A model generated the notes under the pieces. The model was not told the DNA's origin. It saw nothing but the letters and a program-made list of their open reading frames with translations, and made no database searches. From a bacterium (GTDB lineage: Bacteria > Patescibacteriota > Andersenbacteria > UBA10190 > CAIZMI01): a DNA stretch of 64,000 bases. The stretch is taken from positions 106,181 through 170,180 of the forward strand of contig JAUSJG010000007.1 of the NCBI GenBank assembly GCA_030647555.1. Direction: 5' to 3'. This document shows, in pieces, positions 38,706-49,064 of the stretch. Numbering within the stretch: position 1 is the stretch's first letter; each line of letters begins with the position of its first letter. A program made the translations under genes and the position numbers.

Positions 38706-39179
38706 TCACACCTTGATGTTGTCGATAGTGATTTCGGCGAGGACCACTTCGCGAAGATCGTCGAGTGGTGGCCACTTGATGATTTCCACCTCCGGTTTGC
38801 CGGAGTGTTGGCGGATTGTGGCCGGCGGATTACTGCCCGTGTGGTCCATGCGCACAAAATTCACTTTGGTGCATCCTCGGGCAATCAGTTTGTAGATCAT
38901 CTCCGCCGCCTTATCTTCTGCCTGTAACTGCGCTTTTTGCGGATCGCAGTCATCTGCCCCGAAGAGGAAAAACTTTCTCACCCGCACTTTTGTGCAGCCA
39001 ACCACGGTCCGCTCCGAGTCGGAGGGATCCGGAAGTGATCCGTAACGGTGTGTTCCCGTCACCTCAAGTAACACCACCCAGAATGACCGCGATTTTAACT
39101 GAGGCGTGTTGGTTCGATCAGCGAGACTCGCGATCCGCCCTCTCGTTGCGCACTCGATCAGACTGATTTTTGCACTCAT
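38706..39179 (-). CDS. Island gene B, hypothetical (157 aa)
   Basis: AAAGGAG SD 6 nt upstream of ATG at 39179. Confidence 0.55.
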   Translation of the reverse strand: MSAKISLIECATRGRIASLADRTNTPQLKSRSFWVVLLEVTGTHRYGSLPDPSDSERTVVGCTKVRVRKFFLFGADDCDPQKAQLQAEDKAAEMIYKLIARGCTKVNFVRMDHTGSNPPATIRQHSGKPEVEIIKWPPLDDLREVVLAEITIDNIKV

Positions 39180-39796
39180 GTTCATCTCCTTTTGTTGATG
39201 TTGACCTGCTCGCGCCACAAAAAAACCTCAAATACGCTATTGAGGTTGTTTGTGTTTCTTCCACCCGCTTTTGGGCCTTCATGAGGCACAAAAGTGAGAG
39301 AAGAACGGGATCACGGGGACGTGCTCCCCTACAGCGATTATCGCCGCCAGAGTCCGAGTTTAACCCCACTTCGCTTCCGCCAGCCGGCGAAGCTACGCGG
39401 GGCAAAGAAAAACGATTGGGAGATATCTTCAGACGCTTACGGCGAGAAGAGATCTCCCAATCGTTTATAGGGTGGGATAATCAATCGGGAGGTCGAAGGA
39501 GCGATGCCTTCGTTTCCGCATAAAACCAGCCAAATCAGCCTTTGATTCGCTTACAATACAGTTGTTTCATATGCGGTCTCTACCTCGCTTGTCCCCGTGA
39601 TGTGGGGCTCGTTAGGTTTTGAAGGCACCATCCGTTTCCTTCTTAAACCGCTTCAGCCTGGATAAGTATAATGATCCTAGAAATCTTGTCAAGGGCATGT
39701 TTTTCCGCTTGCTATTATGTCTTATCGAATATTAAATTAAAAAAAGCACCAGTTTTTTAGACTGGTGCTGTTGGATATCTTCGAATATCCGTTACG

Positions 39797-41074
39797 TTAA
39801 ACGATCCACGCCCGATAGTACTTCCCTTCATCGCCGAGAAGGCAAACCAAGTACGGCCCGGAGCGACAGATATCCCGCGATGGCAAAACGATCTTACCGC
39901 GATGCTTTGCCACGAAGGATCCCGACTTGGTGCGACTCGGCTCCGTGAAATCAAGCTCAAGCAACACTTCGCTCGACTCAAGTTGCTCAACGAGCATGAC
40001 CAAACAGGAGTGCTTGCCGTGCAGAACCACGGCCTTGTAGACGCCCGTCACCGACTTAACCCATCTCTCAACATAACATTCGAGTTGAGTGATACGGTGC
40101 CATCGGCCATCCTTTTTTACGAGAATGTACCGGCCACGTTCCGACCTAACGGACAAAACCGTTTCGGGATTGACCAGGTTCCACCGATGTATGCTTTCGG
40201 TAGTGTTCGCCATTTCCTCCACGTTGCACGCCACGTCGTGAAAGGCATCGTTCGTTTTTTGCACCAAGCGACTGATTGCAACTGCCTTCTTTTCGACTGC
40301 TTCGGCCGAGGCAAGTGCCTTCTCCACCCCATTGCCGGACGCGACGCGTAGCTTGTCGGCCAAATCCTTCAGCCTCGCAAGCACATTCGTGACGCGCTCA
40401 TGAAACAGTTGCATTTCTGCCGACTTCCGTCTGATCGCTTCCAGCTTCTCGCGAATGACTTTGTCTTTCGCAAGCAACTCTCTGATCCGCTCGATTTGAT
40501 CAATCGTGATCATTTTTGGAAGCAATCGCGAATGGCGAAAGCCGAACAACTCACCACACCGGAGCAAGTTCACAAGTGGAAATCGTCGAGTGGCTTTGTA
40601 GAAAGCAATTACCATGTCGGCGTCGTCTGTCGTCGGGGCAAACCCCAATTGAGTAATCGTGTAAACGATGTCGGCAACCTCTTCTGTCAGCCGACCCGCA
40701 CACAATTCCTCTTTCAACCAACCAACGACCGTTCGATCCGCAAGTTTTCTCCAATATCGACGAAGGTTGCCCTTCATGGCGTGAATCGGGGAAACACTCT
40801 CCACTTTCCCATGGCTGACCAAATGGACAAGCTTCTCGTGGCACTCCTCGCCCACGATGAGATAACTTCCATTTTGGGAATTGGAAAGAGTAACGCAGAC
40901 CTTGATCCGCTTGTTGCAGAGATGACAGTTATGCCAGCTTTTGGAGGCGTGGATCCTTACCAGATCCCACTCCATTGCCGCACTATCGAGTTCCCTCGCG
41001 TGCGACGCGTTGACTAGGTTCCGTGCCAGCTTTTGATGGGACCAATGACGTCCCACGGTTGGGGCAGTTTTCAT
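39797..41074 (-). CDS. Island gene A, hypothetical 425-aa protein with putative N-terminal zinc-binding Cys/His cluster and central coiled coil
   Basis: AGGAAGGA SD upstream; CHLCNKRIKVC...GEECHEKL cluster; heptad-like region ~aa 190-280; TTGACA box ~50 nt upstream. Confidence 0.6.
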   Translation of the reverse strand: MKTAPTVGRHWSHQKLARNLVNASHARELDSAAMEWDLVRIHASKSWHNCHLCNKRIKVCVTLSNSQNGSYLIVGEECHEKLVHLVSHGKVESVSPIHAMKGNLRRYWRKLADRTVVGWLKEELCAGRLTEEVADIVYTITQLGFAPTTDDADMVIAFYKATRRFPLVNLLRCGELFGFRHSRLLPKMITIDQIERIRELLAKDKVIREKLEAIRRKSAEMQLFHERVTNVLARLKDLADKLRVASGNGVEKALASAEAVEKKAVAISRLVQKTNDAFHDVACNVEEMANTTESIHRWNLVNPETVLSVRSERGRYILVKKDGRWHRITQLECYVERWVKSVTGVYKAVVLHGKHSCLVMLVEQLESSEVLLELDFTEPSRTKSGSFVAKHRGKIVLPSRDICRSGPYLVCLLGDEGKYYRAWIV

Positions 41075-41244
41075 GGATCCAAATCCTTCCTATGTCCGGC
41101 ATTTCAGCCGGAGCGGTATGTAGTTGTCAATAGTACAAAACGGCTAATTGTACTACAATTTAAAACAATTGTCAAGGGAGTTGTGGGTAACCGCTCACAG
41201 GTCGAAGTAATCTGAACATTAAGGTTCGGCATTTACCAACGTAC

Positions 41245-41284
41245 CGATCACGGAACGGAGCAAGGTTGCTCCGTTCCGTGATCG
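41245..41284. repeat. Solo REP-like palindrome CGATCACGGAACGGAGCAA-GG-TTGCTCCGTTCCGTGATCG
   Basis: Near-identical to 12468-12509 copy with compensatory changes in both arms (GAGCGG to GAACGG, CCGCTC to CCGTTC). Confidence 0.8.
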
Positions 41285-41439
41285 AACGGAGCGGTTGCGC
41301 GGATTACAATTCACTCCACTTCGCCCACTTTTCCTGATAAGGGGTATATTCTATTTATGATTATCCTTAACCTGTAAGCAGTTAATCCCCGTTTTCCACA
41401 CAAAAAATTTACTGAAAAACGTTCTCAATATTCTTTCCT

Positions 41440-42036
41440 TTATTTCCCCCGAAAAACTGCCAATGGCGACACTTTTTCGGATTGTTTTGCCAACAGGTGC
41501 CGAAGCTCTTCTTGCAAATCAATACCGTTTTTTTCCGCCAAGATTATTGCCAACAAAAAGAGGAGGCCCGACGATTGTTTTGCCACATCCTTATTTTCAG
41601 AAAGATACTGAACTGTTTCCAGAACTAATTTGTTTCCAGGAAGCCCACGATAATGACTTTTTACCGCTTTGATACAATCAGCCAGAGTAGGACTCTGTAA
41701 AGCAAATAATGGTTGTTGATCAATATTATTTTTACTGTTGCAAACAACCCACGATCTTCGATCGCGTTTAATAACAGAAAATGGCATCTTAAATACGCGC
41801 GGTTTTGAAATGCCGAGCGACACCACGTATCTTCCGCCCCGCAAAAAATCTTTAACCTTCAACACACGCGCCAAACCCACCACCCCGCCGCCGGAACCCT
41901 TGAAATATAGTAGATCACCCTTGTTCACCACCCCCACGGGTGGCTCACGTCTTTTTCGCACCCAAACAATGCGCGCACGACGCTTTTTACAAAGCTTGTT
42001 TAGTTCTCGTTCAGGGTAGACAACAAGATGATCCAT
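41440..42036 (-). CDS. Hypothetical protein with possible PUA-like (EVE/ASCH) fold
   Basis: GDLLYFKGSGGGVVGLARVLKV resembles EVE core; weak. Confidence 0.35.
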   Translation of the reverse strand: MDHLVVYPERELNKLCKKRRARIVWVRKRREPPVGVVNKGDLLYFKGSGGGVVGLARVLKVKDFLRGGRYVVSLGISKPRVFKMPFSVIKRDRRSWVVCNSKNNIDQQPLFALQSPTLADCIKAVKSHYRGLPGNKLVLETVQYLSENKDVAKQSSGLLFLLAIILAEKNGIDLQEELRHLLAKQSEKVSPLAVFRGK

Positions 42037-42057
42037 AAACTTTACTTTATCGTTTAT

Positions 42058-42771
42058 TCATCCCTTTGCAACACCGCCCTGCGCGCGTAAAAGCTCTAAT
42101 GTAATTTGCCGTAACCGTCGCAAACTTGCATCGGAAATTTGTAATTTAAATATATTTTCCTTGCCCGTAAAAAATATTCTAATAATTTTAACGACATCAG
42201 TCATAATTTCATCTTTTTCTTCACCACATTCACAACACCAAAAACCACGTTCATGACTTTTAAAGGAAAAATCATTTTCTTTTAAACGCTTGCGACAATG
42301 TGTACAGGAATATAAATCGGGAAGCGCTCCTAAAAATCTTAGCAACTGCACCGCCACAATCTCACGCAAAAAACGGGGCGTTTCCTTGCTTTCATTCGCC
42401 CACGTCAAGCAATTAATAACCACATCATATAATTTTGTATCCCCCTGTCCTTCGCCAGTGTAGTGTCTTAATGTTTTGACGATATCATAAGCAATTTCCA
42501 ATCGATCATAATCGGTTCTTAGCGTTGGGAAAGTTTTTAACACACGCGCCTCACTCAATGAATTGCCACGTTTGGTGTTTACCAAAATAAGATTAGTCTC
42601 CATTAGAGTTTCCAAATGCCCCGCCCGCCGTGACGAAACATGCCGAATCCCGGGTGCGAAAAAACTTACTCGCCCCTCCTCGCGCGTATAAGCCTCAATA
42701 ATCATATCTTTCTCCCGCACCATCGAGCGGTGAATTATCAACCCCCTTAAACGTCTTAATCCTGTCTTCAT
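42058..42771 (-). CDS. recO: DNA repair protein RecO
   Basis: N-terminal OB-fold region and C-terminal C4 zinc motif CTHCRKRL...CCECGEEK. Confidence 0.7.
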   Translation of the reverse strand: MKTGLRRLRGLIIHRSMVREKDMIIEAYTREEGRVSFFAPGIRHVSSRRAGHLETLMETNLILVNTKRGNSLSEARVLKTFPTLRTDYDRLEIAYDIVKTLRHYTGEGQGDTKLYDVVINCLTWANESKETPRFLREIVAVQLLRFLGALPDLYSCTHCRKRLKENDFSFKSHERGFWCCECGEEKDEIMTDVVKIIRIFFTGKENIFKLQISDASLRRLRQITLELLRAQGGVAKG

Positions 42772-42795
42772 AGGTCAACAATACAAGTGATTCTC

Positions 42796-42829
42796 AAAAA
42801 AGAAAAAGCCGTAACCTGATGTTACGGCT
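42796..42829 (-). terminator. Rho-independent terminator (minus strand) ~620 nt downstream of ileS
   Basis: A-run then AGCCGTAACCTGATGTTACGGCT on plus strand = hairpin + U-run on minus RNA. Confidence 0.65.
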
Positions 42830-43449
42830 GTATGCGAAAAAGAGCGAGCAAGAACAATAAGGTGGGACTGGATGTGGTCTCATTTGGAGTGAAACCATAC
42901 TGGAGCAGACTTGTTTCCCTGCGGAAGATGGGCTGTCTACTCTGTAACACTTGCGGGCTACTTTCAAACCCGAAAGCACATCCGGCGTTCTTGCCCGCTC
43001 TCGAAATATGCTAAAAGAACTACGCTCAACCATTGTAAACCCTGCTTTTGCAATGTCAAACAAACAAGAAAACACCCATGAGCGATGTCATGGGTGGGTA
43101 TAAGGTGCGGGCGCGGAGAGAAGAACTAGCAACTGGAGAAAGAGAAATGGTACACAGCTTTGTGTCCGACCGACCAGAATGACATCAAGCTGTCTGGCGT
43201 GCCAACACTGAGCGAACTCTGCATAGCTGGCAAACCCACACTGAAACTTCCAATCGACGCAAACCCAGTGTTGGCACCCATTTCTTGTCCCACTGTGGAC
43301 AACCCCTCCGCGACCCGCATACTTGCCAAAGAACCTATTTACAAAATACTCCCACCACAATGATTGTCAAGCGAACGAATATGATTAATGATTTACGAAT
43401 GATGATTTATGAAAAACGATTCGGTTTAAGACTCATAAATCCTAAATCA

Positions 43450-46329
43450 TCATTCCTGTCGAATTCCTGTTTCCATACCAAATAAAATTTCTTTTGCGCC
43501 CACACGATTTTTAAACTCGTCCGCGAATGTAGTGAAAACTTTTTTGTTAACCTCCGTATCTTCCAGCGTCAAAACAATCCGATCGCCCACATTCAAACCT
43601 GCTTCTTGACGCATACGTTGAACCTGACGCACCAAATTGCGCAAATCGCCTTCAAGTTTAAGCTCTTCCGAGAGTTTCGTAGCAAGACCGATAAAATATT
43701 CTTGTTCGTTAAAGCGCAAAGATTTTTTTACATCGTCCGGAGGAGTGGCAAGTTTAACTTCTTTTACATTCAACTCATCTTGTAAAACCTCCAGCAAACC
43801 AGCCGATAGGCCAACATTTTCCGAAACCCACATCACAGAAAGTGGCTGTTTGATGGCGAGATTATTTTCCTTGCGAATCGCGTGCGCAAATGAAGCAACG
43901 GCACGCAGTTTTTCCATATCACTCAACAAATCCGCATTGTTCTTTATAAATTCTTTATCGACAACCGGATAATCTTCCAAATGCACCGATTCTTTAAATT
44001 CTCCCTTGCCTCCTCTTTTCAATTCCTGATAAATGTTTTCGGAAATAAATGGCACAATGGGCGCAATCGCTTTTGCGGTTTTTAACAAGACAACATACAA
44101 AGTAGCCAACGCCTGCTTATCGCCACTGAAAATCCGTTCACGACTGCGACGAATATACCAAGTGGATAAATCATTAATAAATTCTTCGACCGTTCTTACC
44201 GCCGGAGGAATGTTGTATGTTTCAATCCCGGTAGCAACCGCTTGAACTGTCTGCTCCAAACGCGCATTTATCCAACGGTCCAAAATGTTGTCTGATTTTG
44301 CATCCGACAATTCGAAATCGTGTTCCACGGCATAAGTCAAGAAATAGACCACCGAATTCCAAAGAATATTTAGAACGCCACGTACTTTATTAGTCATCTC
44401 GGTCTCACTCAAATTTGCGCTTTCACCCAACATTAACGGTGAGGCCATGAAATAAAGTCTCAACGCATCACCACCCAAAGTATTTAGAACACCCTTGGTG
44501 TCGGGATAATTATTATAACTTTTACTCATCTTACGCCCATCCGTCCCGGCCAACACACCGGTCACCACGACATTCTTAAATGGCGCGCGATCAAACAACG
44601 CCGTACTGATCCGAAAAAGGATTTGGAACCAGGCGCGAATCTGTCCCGTATATTCAATAATGAAATCAGCGGGGAAACCTTTTTCAAAAACTTCCTTGTT
44701 TTCAAACGGATAATGATACTCGGCAAAAGGAACGGACCCGGAATCCAGCCAAACATCCAAAATATCGACGATACGGTGAAATTCTTTACCGTCTTTTTTC
44801 AGAATAATTTTATCCATAATATCGCGATGGAAAGAAAGTGGCCGATCGCCAAAGAAATAGGATTTTTTATCCCCTTCAACTTTTTCCGTCACCTGCTCCG
44901 TATACTGGCGTAACTCCGCGATACTGCCGATGACAATTTCCTCGCCATCTTCACTACGCCAAATCGGCATCACTGTGCCCCAATAGCGTTTGCGACTGAT
45001 ACACCAATCCGGCGCCCCTTGTACAACTTCACGGAAACGTCCGTCTTTAAAGACTTCGGGAACCCACTGCACATCTTGGTTAAGCTCCAAAATTCTCTTG
45101 TTGATTTCTTTTAGATTCACAAAATAGGCTTCTTGCGCCACATAAATAAGCGGACTTTTACTGCGATAGAAAGGCAAACGATGCTTATAAAGTTCCTTGC
45201 GATAAAGTTGCCCCGTTTTTTCCATTTCTTCCGCGATTAACACAGAAGCCTTGCGAATATACACCCCACGCCAAGGATCGATCAACATCTTCCCTTCTTC
45301 ATCAATATCTGAAAGATCAGATAACCCAAATTGCAATCCCAAGTTATAATCCATTTCGCCAAACGCGGGGGCGACATGCAGAACACCCGTACCTTCCGTA
45401 TTTGTTACGCCATCAGAAGAATAAACTTTATAATCGGCCGATTTGCATTTGTCGACAAAATTATTAAACAGCGGTTCATACGCGATTCCTAGTAACGATT
45501 CCCCACTGAACCTTTGCAAAACATTTACCAATTTTTCTTGAAAGGAGTTTTTGACTAAATCTTCCGCAAGAATAAATAAGGTATTTTCTGATTCCGCCAA
45601 GACGTAAGTAAAAGCCGGGTTAACCGCGAGTGCAAAATTTGAGGGCAACGTCCAAGGCGTTGTCGTCCAAGATAAGAAATAGACAGGGAGTCCGTTCGCC
45701 ACATCTTCAAAACGTTCGTCTTTCACTTTAAACTTTACAAACACGCTTAAATCTTCCACTTCCTGGTAATTGTCCGGATCCATCGCTACTTCAAATTCCG
45801 AGACCGGCGTTGAAGTCTCCGTGGAATAAAGCGACGTTCTTTTACCGCGATAAATCAAGCCTTTTTCGTACATTTGCTTGAAAGCCCAAATAACTGATTC
45901 CCCAAATTGTCCGTCCATTGTTTTATAGGCATGATCCAAATCCACCCAACGACCCACTTTGTTGATATACCAACGCCAATCGCTAATTTGCTCTTCCACA
46001 AACTCGCGACACAATGCCACATATTTATCCACACCAAAATCTTCCACTTGCTTACGATTGCGAATCCCGTGTTTTTCATTAACCTTCGCCTCAATCGGCA
46101 AGCCGTGACAATCCCAACCCCAAACACGGCGCACCCTTTTTCCTTTCATTGTCCAATATCTAGGCACTAAATCTTTGGCGATCGAAACCAGCAAGTGCGC
46201 GTAGTGCGGACTGCCACTCACAAACGGCGGACCATCTACAAAAACAAACCGATTATCCTCCGGTCGACTTTCAACCGACTTTTCAAAAATTTTATTTTCT
46301 TGCCAAAATTTCAAAGTCGCATCTTCCAT
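43450..46329 (-). CDS. ileS: Isoleucyl-tRNA synthetase
   Basis: HIGH-like SPHYAHLL, KMSKS (RKMSKSYNN), CP1 editing domain; start set at MEDATLKFW ATG because longer ORF runs into REP-type repeats. Confidence 0.9.
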   Translation of the reverse strand: MEDATLKFWQENKIFEKSVESRPEDNRFVFVDGPPFVSGSPHYAHLLVSIAKDLVPRYWTMKGKRVRRVWGWDCHGLPIEAKVNEKHGIRNRKQVEDFGVDKYVALCREFVEEQISDWRWYINKVGRWVDLDHAYKTMDGQFGESVIWAFKQMYEKGLIYRGKRTSLYSTETSTPVSEFEVAMDPDNYQEVEDLSVFVKFKVKDERFEDVANGLPVYFLSWTTTPWTLPSNFALAVNPAFTYVLAESENTLFILAEDLVKNSFQEKLVNVLQRFSGESLLGIAYEPLFNNFVDKCKSADYKVYSSDGVTNTEGTGVLHVAPAFGEMDYNLGLQFGLSDLSDIDEEGKMLIDPWRGVYIRKASVLIAEEMEKTGQLYRKELYKHRLPFYRSKSPLIYVAQEAYFVNLKEINKRILELNQDVQWVPEVFKDGRFREVVQGAPDWCISRKRYWGTVMPIWRSEDGEEIVIGSIAELRQYTEQVTEKVEGDKKSYFFGDRPLSFHRDIMDKIILKKDGKEFHRIVDILDVWLDSGSVPFAEYHYPFENKEVFEKGFPADFIIEYTGQIRAWFQILFRISTALFDRAPFKNVVVTGVLAGTDGRKMSKSYNNYPDTKGVLNTLGGDALRLYFMASPLMLGESANLSETEMTNKVRGVLNILWNSVVYFLTYAVEHDFELSDAKSDNILDRWINARLEQTVQAVATGIETYNIPPAVRTVEEFINDLSTWYIRRSRERIFSGDKQALATLYVVLLKTAKAIAPIVPFISENIYQELKRGGKGEFKESVHLEDYPVVDKEFIKNNADLLSDMEKLRAVASFAHAIRKENNLAIKQPLSVMWVSENVGLSAGLLEVLQDELNVKEVKLATPPDDVKKSLRFNEQEYFIGLATKLSEELKLEGDLRNLVRQVQRMRQEAGLNVGDRIVLTLEDTEVNKKVFTTFADEFKNRVGAKEILFGMETGIRQE

Positions 46330-46502
46330 CGCCGGGAAAGATTGCTTGGAGGGTAAATGAAACCCACACTTCGCCCACCCTTCGCATAAAGCTACGGCGT
46401 GGCGCGGTAAAGCTTCGCGGGGCAAGTTTTCTTTTCCGTCAGTCATACGCAATGAGCATAGGAAAATAAACGCGTCTAGGCAAGCCGTGAACACCAGCAC
46501 CC

Positions 46503-46568
46503 ATCCCCCGTCGCTAAAGCTATGGGGGATTGTTTTTCTTTTGCGAAAGAAAAACAAAAAAACCGCGT
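46503..46568. repeat. Composite hairpin module: ATCCCCCGTCGCTAAAGCTATGGGGGAT + TTGTTTTTCTTTTGCGAAAGAAAAACAA + A7 + ACC + third hairpin
   Basis: Other copies 2781-2871, 8030-8073, 22469-22525 (inverted). Confidence 0.65.
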
Positions 46569-46586
46569 GGTTAGCTGCGGTTGTGT

Positions 46587-47018
46587 TTACTCCGGCAAGG
46601 GCGTCGCTTCAATCGCCGTGAGATCAAACGGGATTTCAACCTCATCATAATTCACCCCACTTGCGGAAATTCGTAAGGTGTTTCCTCCACTGTGTTCATC
46701 GTAGTCACCCTTGACGAAACGATTGTTGCAAGAAAACGTAACAAAACCATTGCCAATCCGATCCATCATCGGCTGAATTGAACTGGTAGCTGATCCACTA
46801 CGAAGGTCATGAAAACCAAGGGCAATCCCAATGCTTTCGTCGTATTGCTCCTCCGGCGCGAACGTCGCAACCGACTGCGTCAAACCCTGAGTGTGGTCGA
46901 TAAGCCAGCAAAATGCCTTCACAATGATCAGTTCATTCGGAAATCGCTCGGCTACTGCCCGTTTTAGGCGCAATAAATTCTCGTCCGACACGCGCGGAAA
47001 AACTTTTGGTTCCGACAT
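46587..47018 (-). CDS. Hypothetical protein (143 aa), GC-rich
   Basis: AGGAG SD upstream. Confidence 0.5.
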   Translation of the reverse strand: MSEPKVFPRVSDENLLRLKRAVAERFPNELIIVKAFCWLIDHTQGLTQSVATFAPEEQYDESIGIALGFHDLRSGSATSSIQPMMDRIGNGFVTFSCNNRFVKGDYDEHSGGNTLRISASGVNYDEVEIPFDLTAIEATPLPE

Positions 47019-47123
47019 GGCAAAATACTCCTATTCGACCATTTGGAAAATACACAAGGAACGACCCTCGTACTGTATTTTATTATGTTTGAGACGTCAA
47101 CTGAATCAGTGACCGACCCAGTG

Positions 47124-47849
47124 CTACTGGGACGGATCTTGATTTATTCTGTTTTTTTTCTTCGATGCCTTGAAGCGTAGAACGCGTTGCACCAACGACG
47201 GCTTGGTGTTTTCGTTTTTCACCACCACCTTGATTGGTTTTTCTTTTTTGGTGGATTTGTAGATATCCAACACTTCTCGCGCGTGTTCTTTCCAGTCCAC
47301 CGTTTTACAATCAACACATTGAATCACGTGCGCGCGCGCTTCCGGAAAATGATGAATGCCACAGAGAATATCGCGATCTTTGCCGTTACGCAGTAAAATA
47401 TGACTGGCTTTCCAGCACAACGCGGAAAAACCAACCCGCGCGCCCAACATCCACGTGTTCACAAAAATATTCGAATCACGTTCCCCTGTTGGCACCCAAT
47501 GAAACGTGGTAATCACTTTGCCCGGATACAAATACGGAATCAACCCTTCCGGCGAATGAAAAACATCCAAACGCGCGGCGGTCAACAAAGACGAAACCAG
47601 CATATGCGAATAAAAGAATGGCAAATACGCACGGTACTGCGCGAACGGAAAATGCCGAATCTCGGTGTTGTCTTTTTTTAACAAATCCAATTCCGCCTTA
47701 GGCAACCTAGCATCAACAAAAATTACATAAAAGTTTTCCTTGTCTTGTTCAAGCAATGAATGCAAAAGACTGCGCGTATAATCCGCAATATCAGGATGAT
47801 GCTTGTGATGCTCCGGCGAAAGGATGTGGGCGTCGATACCTATTCTCAT
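47124..47849 (-). CDS. Glycosyltransferase-like protein (GT4 N-terminal-domain-like)
   Basis: MRIGIDAHIL start typical of GT4 N-domain; C-terminal catalytic motif absent. Confidence 0.45.
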   Translation of the reverse strand: MRIGIDAHILSPEHHKHHPDIADYTRSLLHSLLEQDKENFYVIFVDARLPKAELDLLKKDNTEIRHFPFAQYRAYLPFFYSHMLVSSLLTAARLDVFHSPEGLIPYLYPGKVITTFHWVPTGERDSNIFVNTWMLGARVGFSALCWKASHILLRNGKDRDILCGIHHFPEARAHVIQCVDCKTVDWKEHAREVLDIYKSTKKEKPIKVVVKNENTKPSLVQRVLRFKASKKKNRINQDPSQ

Positions 47850-47963
47850 GGTTTTTTGTTAAAGGATTAGGCTTGATGCTCTTGGACTATCATTATCTCT
47901 CCCAATCTTCGTTTTGTCTATGTTTTTATTCTACACGGTCCTTATTCTACACCCCAAAACGAA

Positions 47964-49031
47964 TTACAGCTGTTCAAAAATCTTCACGTAAGATTGTGCC
48001 ACAAAAGTGTTATTGAACTTCCGCGCTTGTCCGAGATTGTGTTGCAACATATTAACATAACCGCCGCCATCAACGGCGGAAATAATTTTTTGCGCGCCCG
48101 CCGCGAAATCAACCGAATTAATATCGGCCAACGATTGATAAGGCACGCGAATAATATTCAGATCTTCAATCACCTCCGAACCGTTCATTTCCAAAATAAC
48201 GGGAACGCCGACACTCATGTGCAAAGAACCGGAACTTTCTCCCGTCCTGATCGCGTTGCCCAAATAATACATTTGTACATTGAACGTCATCCCAAAATCC
48301 GCCGGCTCGATATTTTCCGAATCTACCAAAATCGTGTGCTCCCCGTTAGCCGCCCCTTGAAGAGTTTCACGCGCCGAATTTTTGTTAATATCGACGAAAT
48401 TTACGGCCAAGGCACCGAAATTATCGGCGGTAATTTTTTTCAGACCGTCAATTTGCAACTGCTCTTTCGGTTTTCCGCCCAAATAGCCCCAAATATTCCT
48501 CGCATTGTTCGGATCCAATTTAAAAACTTCCGCTAATAATTTAATCATGTGCTCGACGGAACGCATTTCACCCCAAGTAGTATGGGTTCCGATGATAATC
48601 GGTTCCGTTTGAATGGTGTCTTTCATATCAAAGAACCCGTGTGGCACGACAAATCTATTTTTGATTCCGCAATAAAACGAATCATTTTGATGAAGATTAC
48701 CAAGAAACGCCAGCGCCTTATTGGGAGACAGACCGGACAATAGCTCCACCACTCCGGGCAAGCGAGTTTGCACCTCATCGGGACGATGCACCAAAACAAT
48801 CGCTTTCTGTTCCGCCGGCGCCGCTTTTATCATCGCCATAATCGCCTCGTCTTCCGCCGCTTGCGGCGCACCATGTATTTGGTATAGCACAATATCCAGA
48901 CCCAAGTTTTTTCCATCCCCCACCGCACCTTCCTCTGTTTGCCAACCGTAATTAATAAAACCATTCTTTAAAATATTTTTTGTATAACGTTCCAAACTCT
49001 TCGCACCGTAGATAATTATTTTTCCTTGCAT
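47964..49031 (-). CDS. Glycosyltransferase (GT4/GT1-like C-terminal domain)
   Basis: ESSGSLHMSVGVPVILE resembles E-x7-E / EGFGLxxLEAMAxGxPVI motif. Confidence 0.55.
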   Translation of the reverse strand: MQGKIIIYGAKSLERYTKNILKNGFINYGWQTEEGAVGDGKNLGLDIVLYQIHGAPQAAEDEAIMAMIKAAPAEQKAIVLVHRPDEVQTRLPGVVELLSGLSPNKALAFLGNLHQNDSFYCGIKNRFVVPHGFFDMKDTIQTEPIIIGTHTTWGEMRSVEHMIKLLAEVFKLDPNNARNIWGYLGGKPKEQLQIDGLKKITADNFGALAVNFVDINKNSARETLQGAANGEHTILVDSENIEPADFGMTFNVQMYYLGNAIRTGESSGSLHMSVGVPVILEMNGSEVIEDLNIIRVPYQSLADINSVDFAAGAQKIISAVDGGGYVNMLQHNLGQARKFNNTFVAQSYVKIFEQL

Positions 49032-49064
49032 AAAATGTTTAAAATTATTAACAAATAAAAATTT

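Noticed and set aside
42840-43440. tmRNA, RNase P RNA or SRP RNA in the ileS-recO gap
   Set aside because: None of the hallmark motifs (GGAAAGTCCGG / ACAGAAYCCGGCTTA, tRNA-like GGTTCGA..CCACCA end, GGAAGCAGCC domain IV) found on either strand. Kept only as an unassigned candidate ncRNA region.
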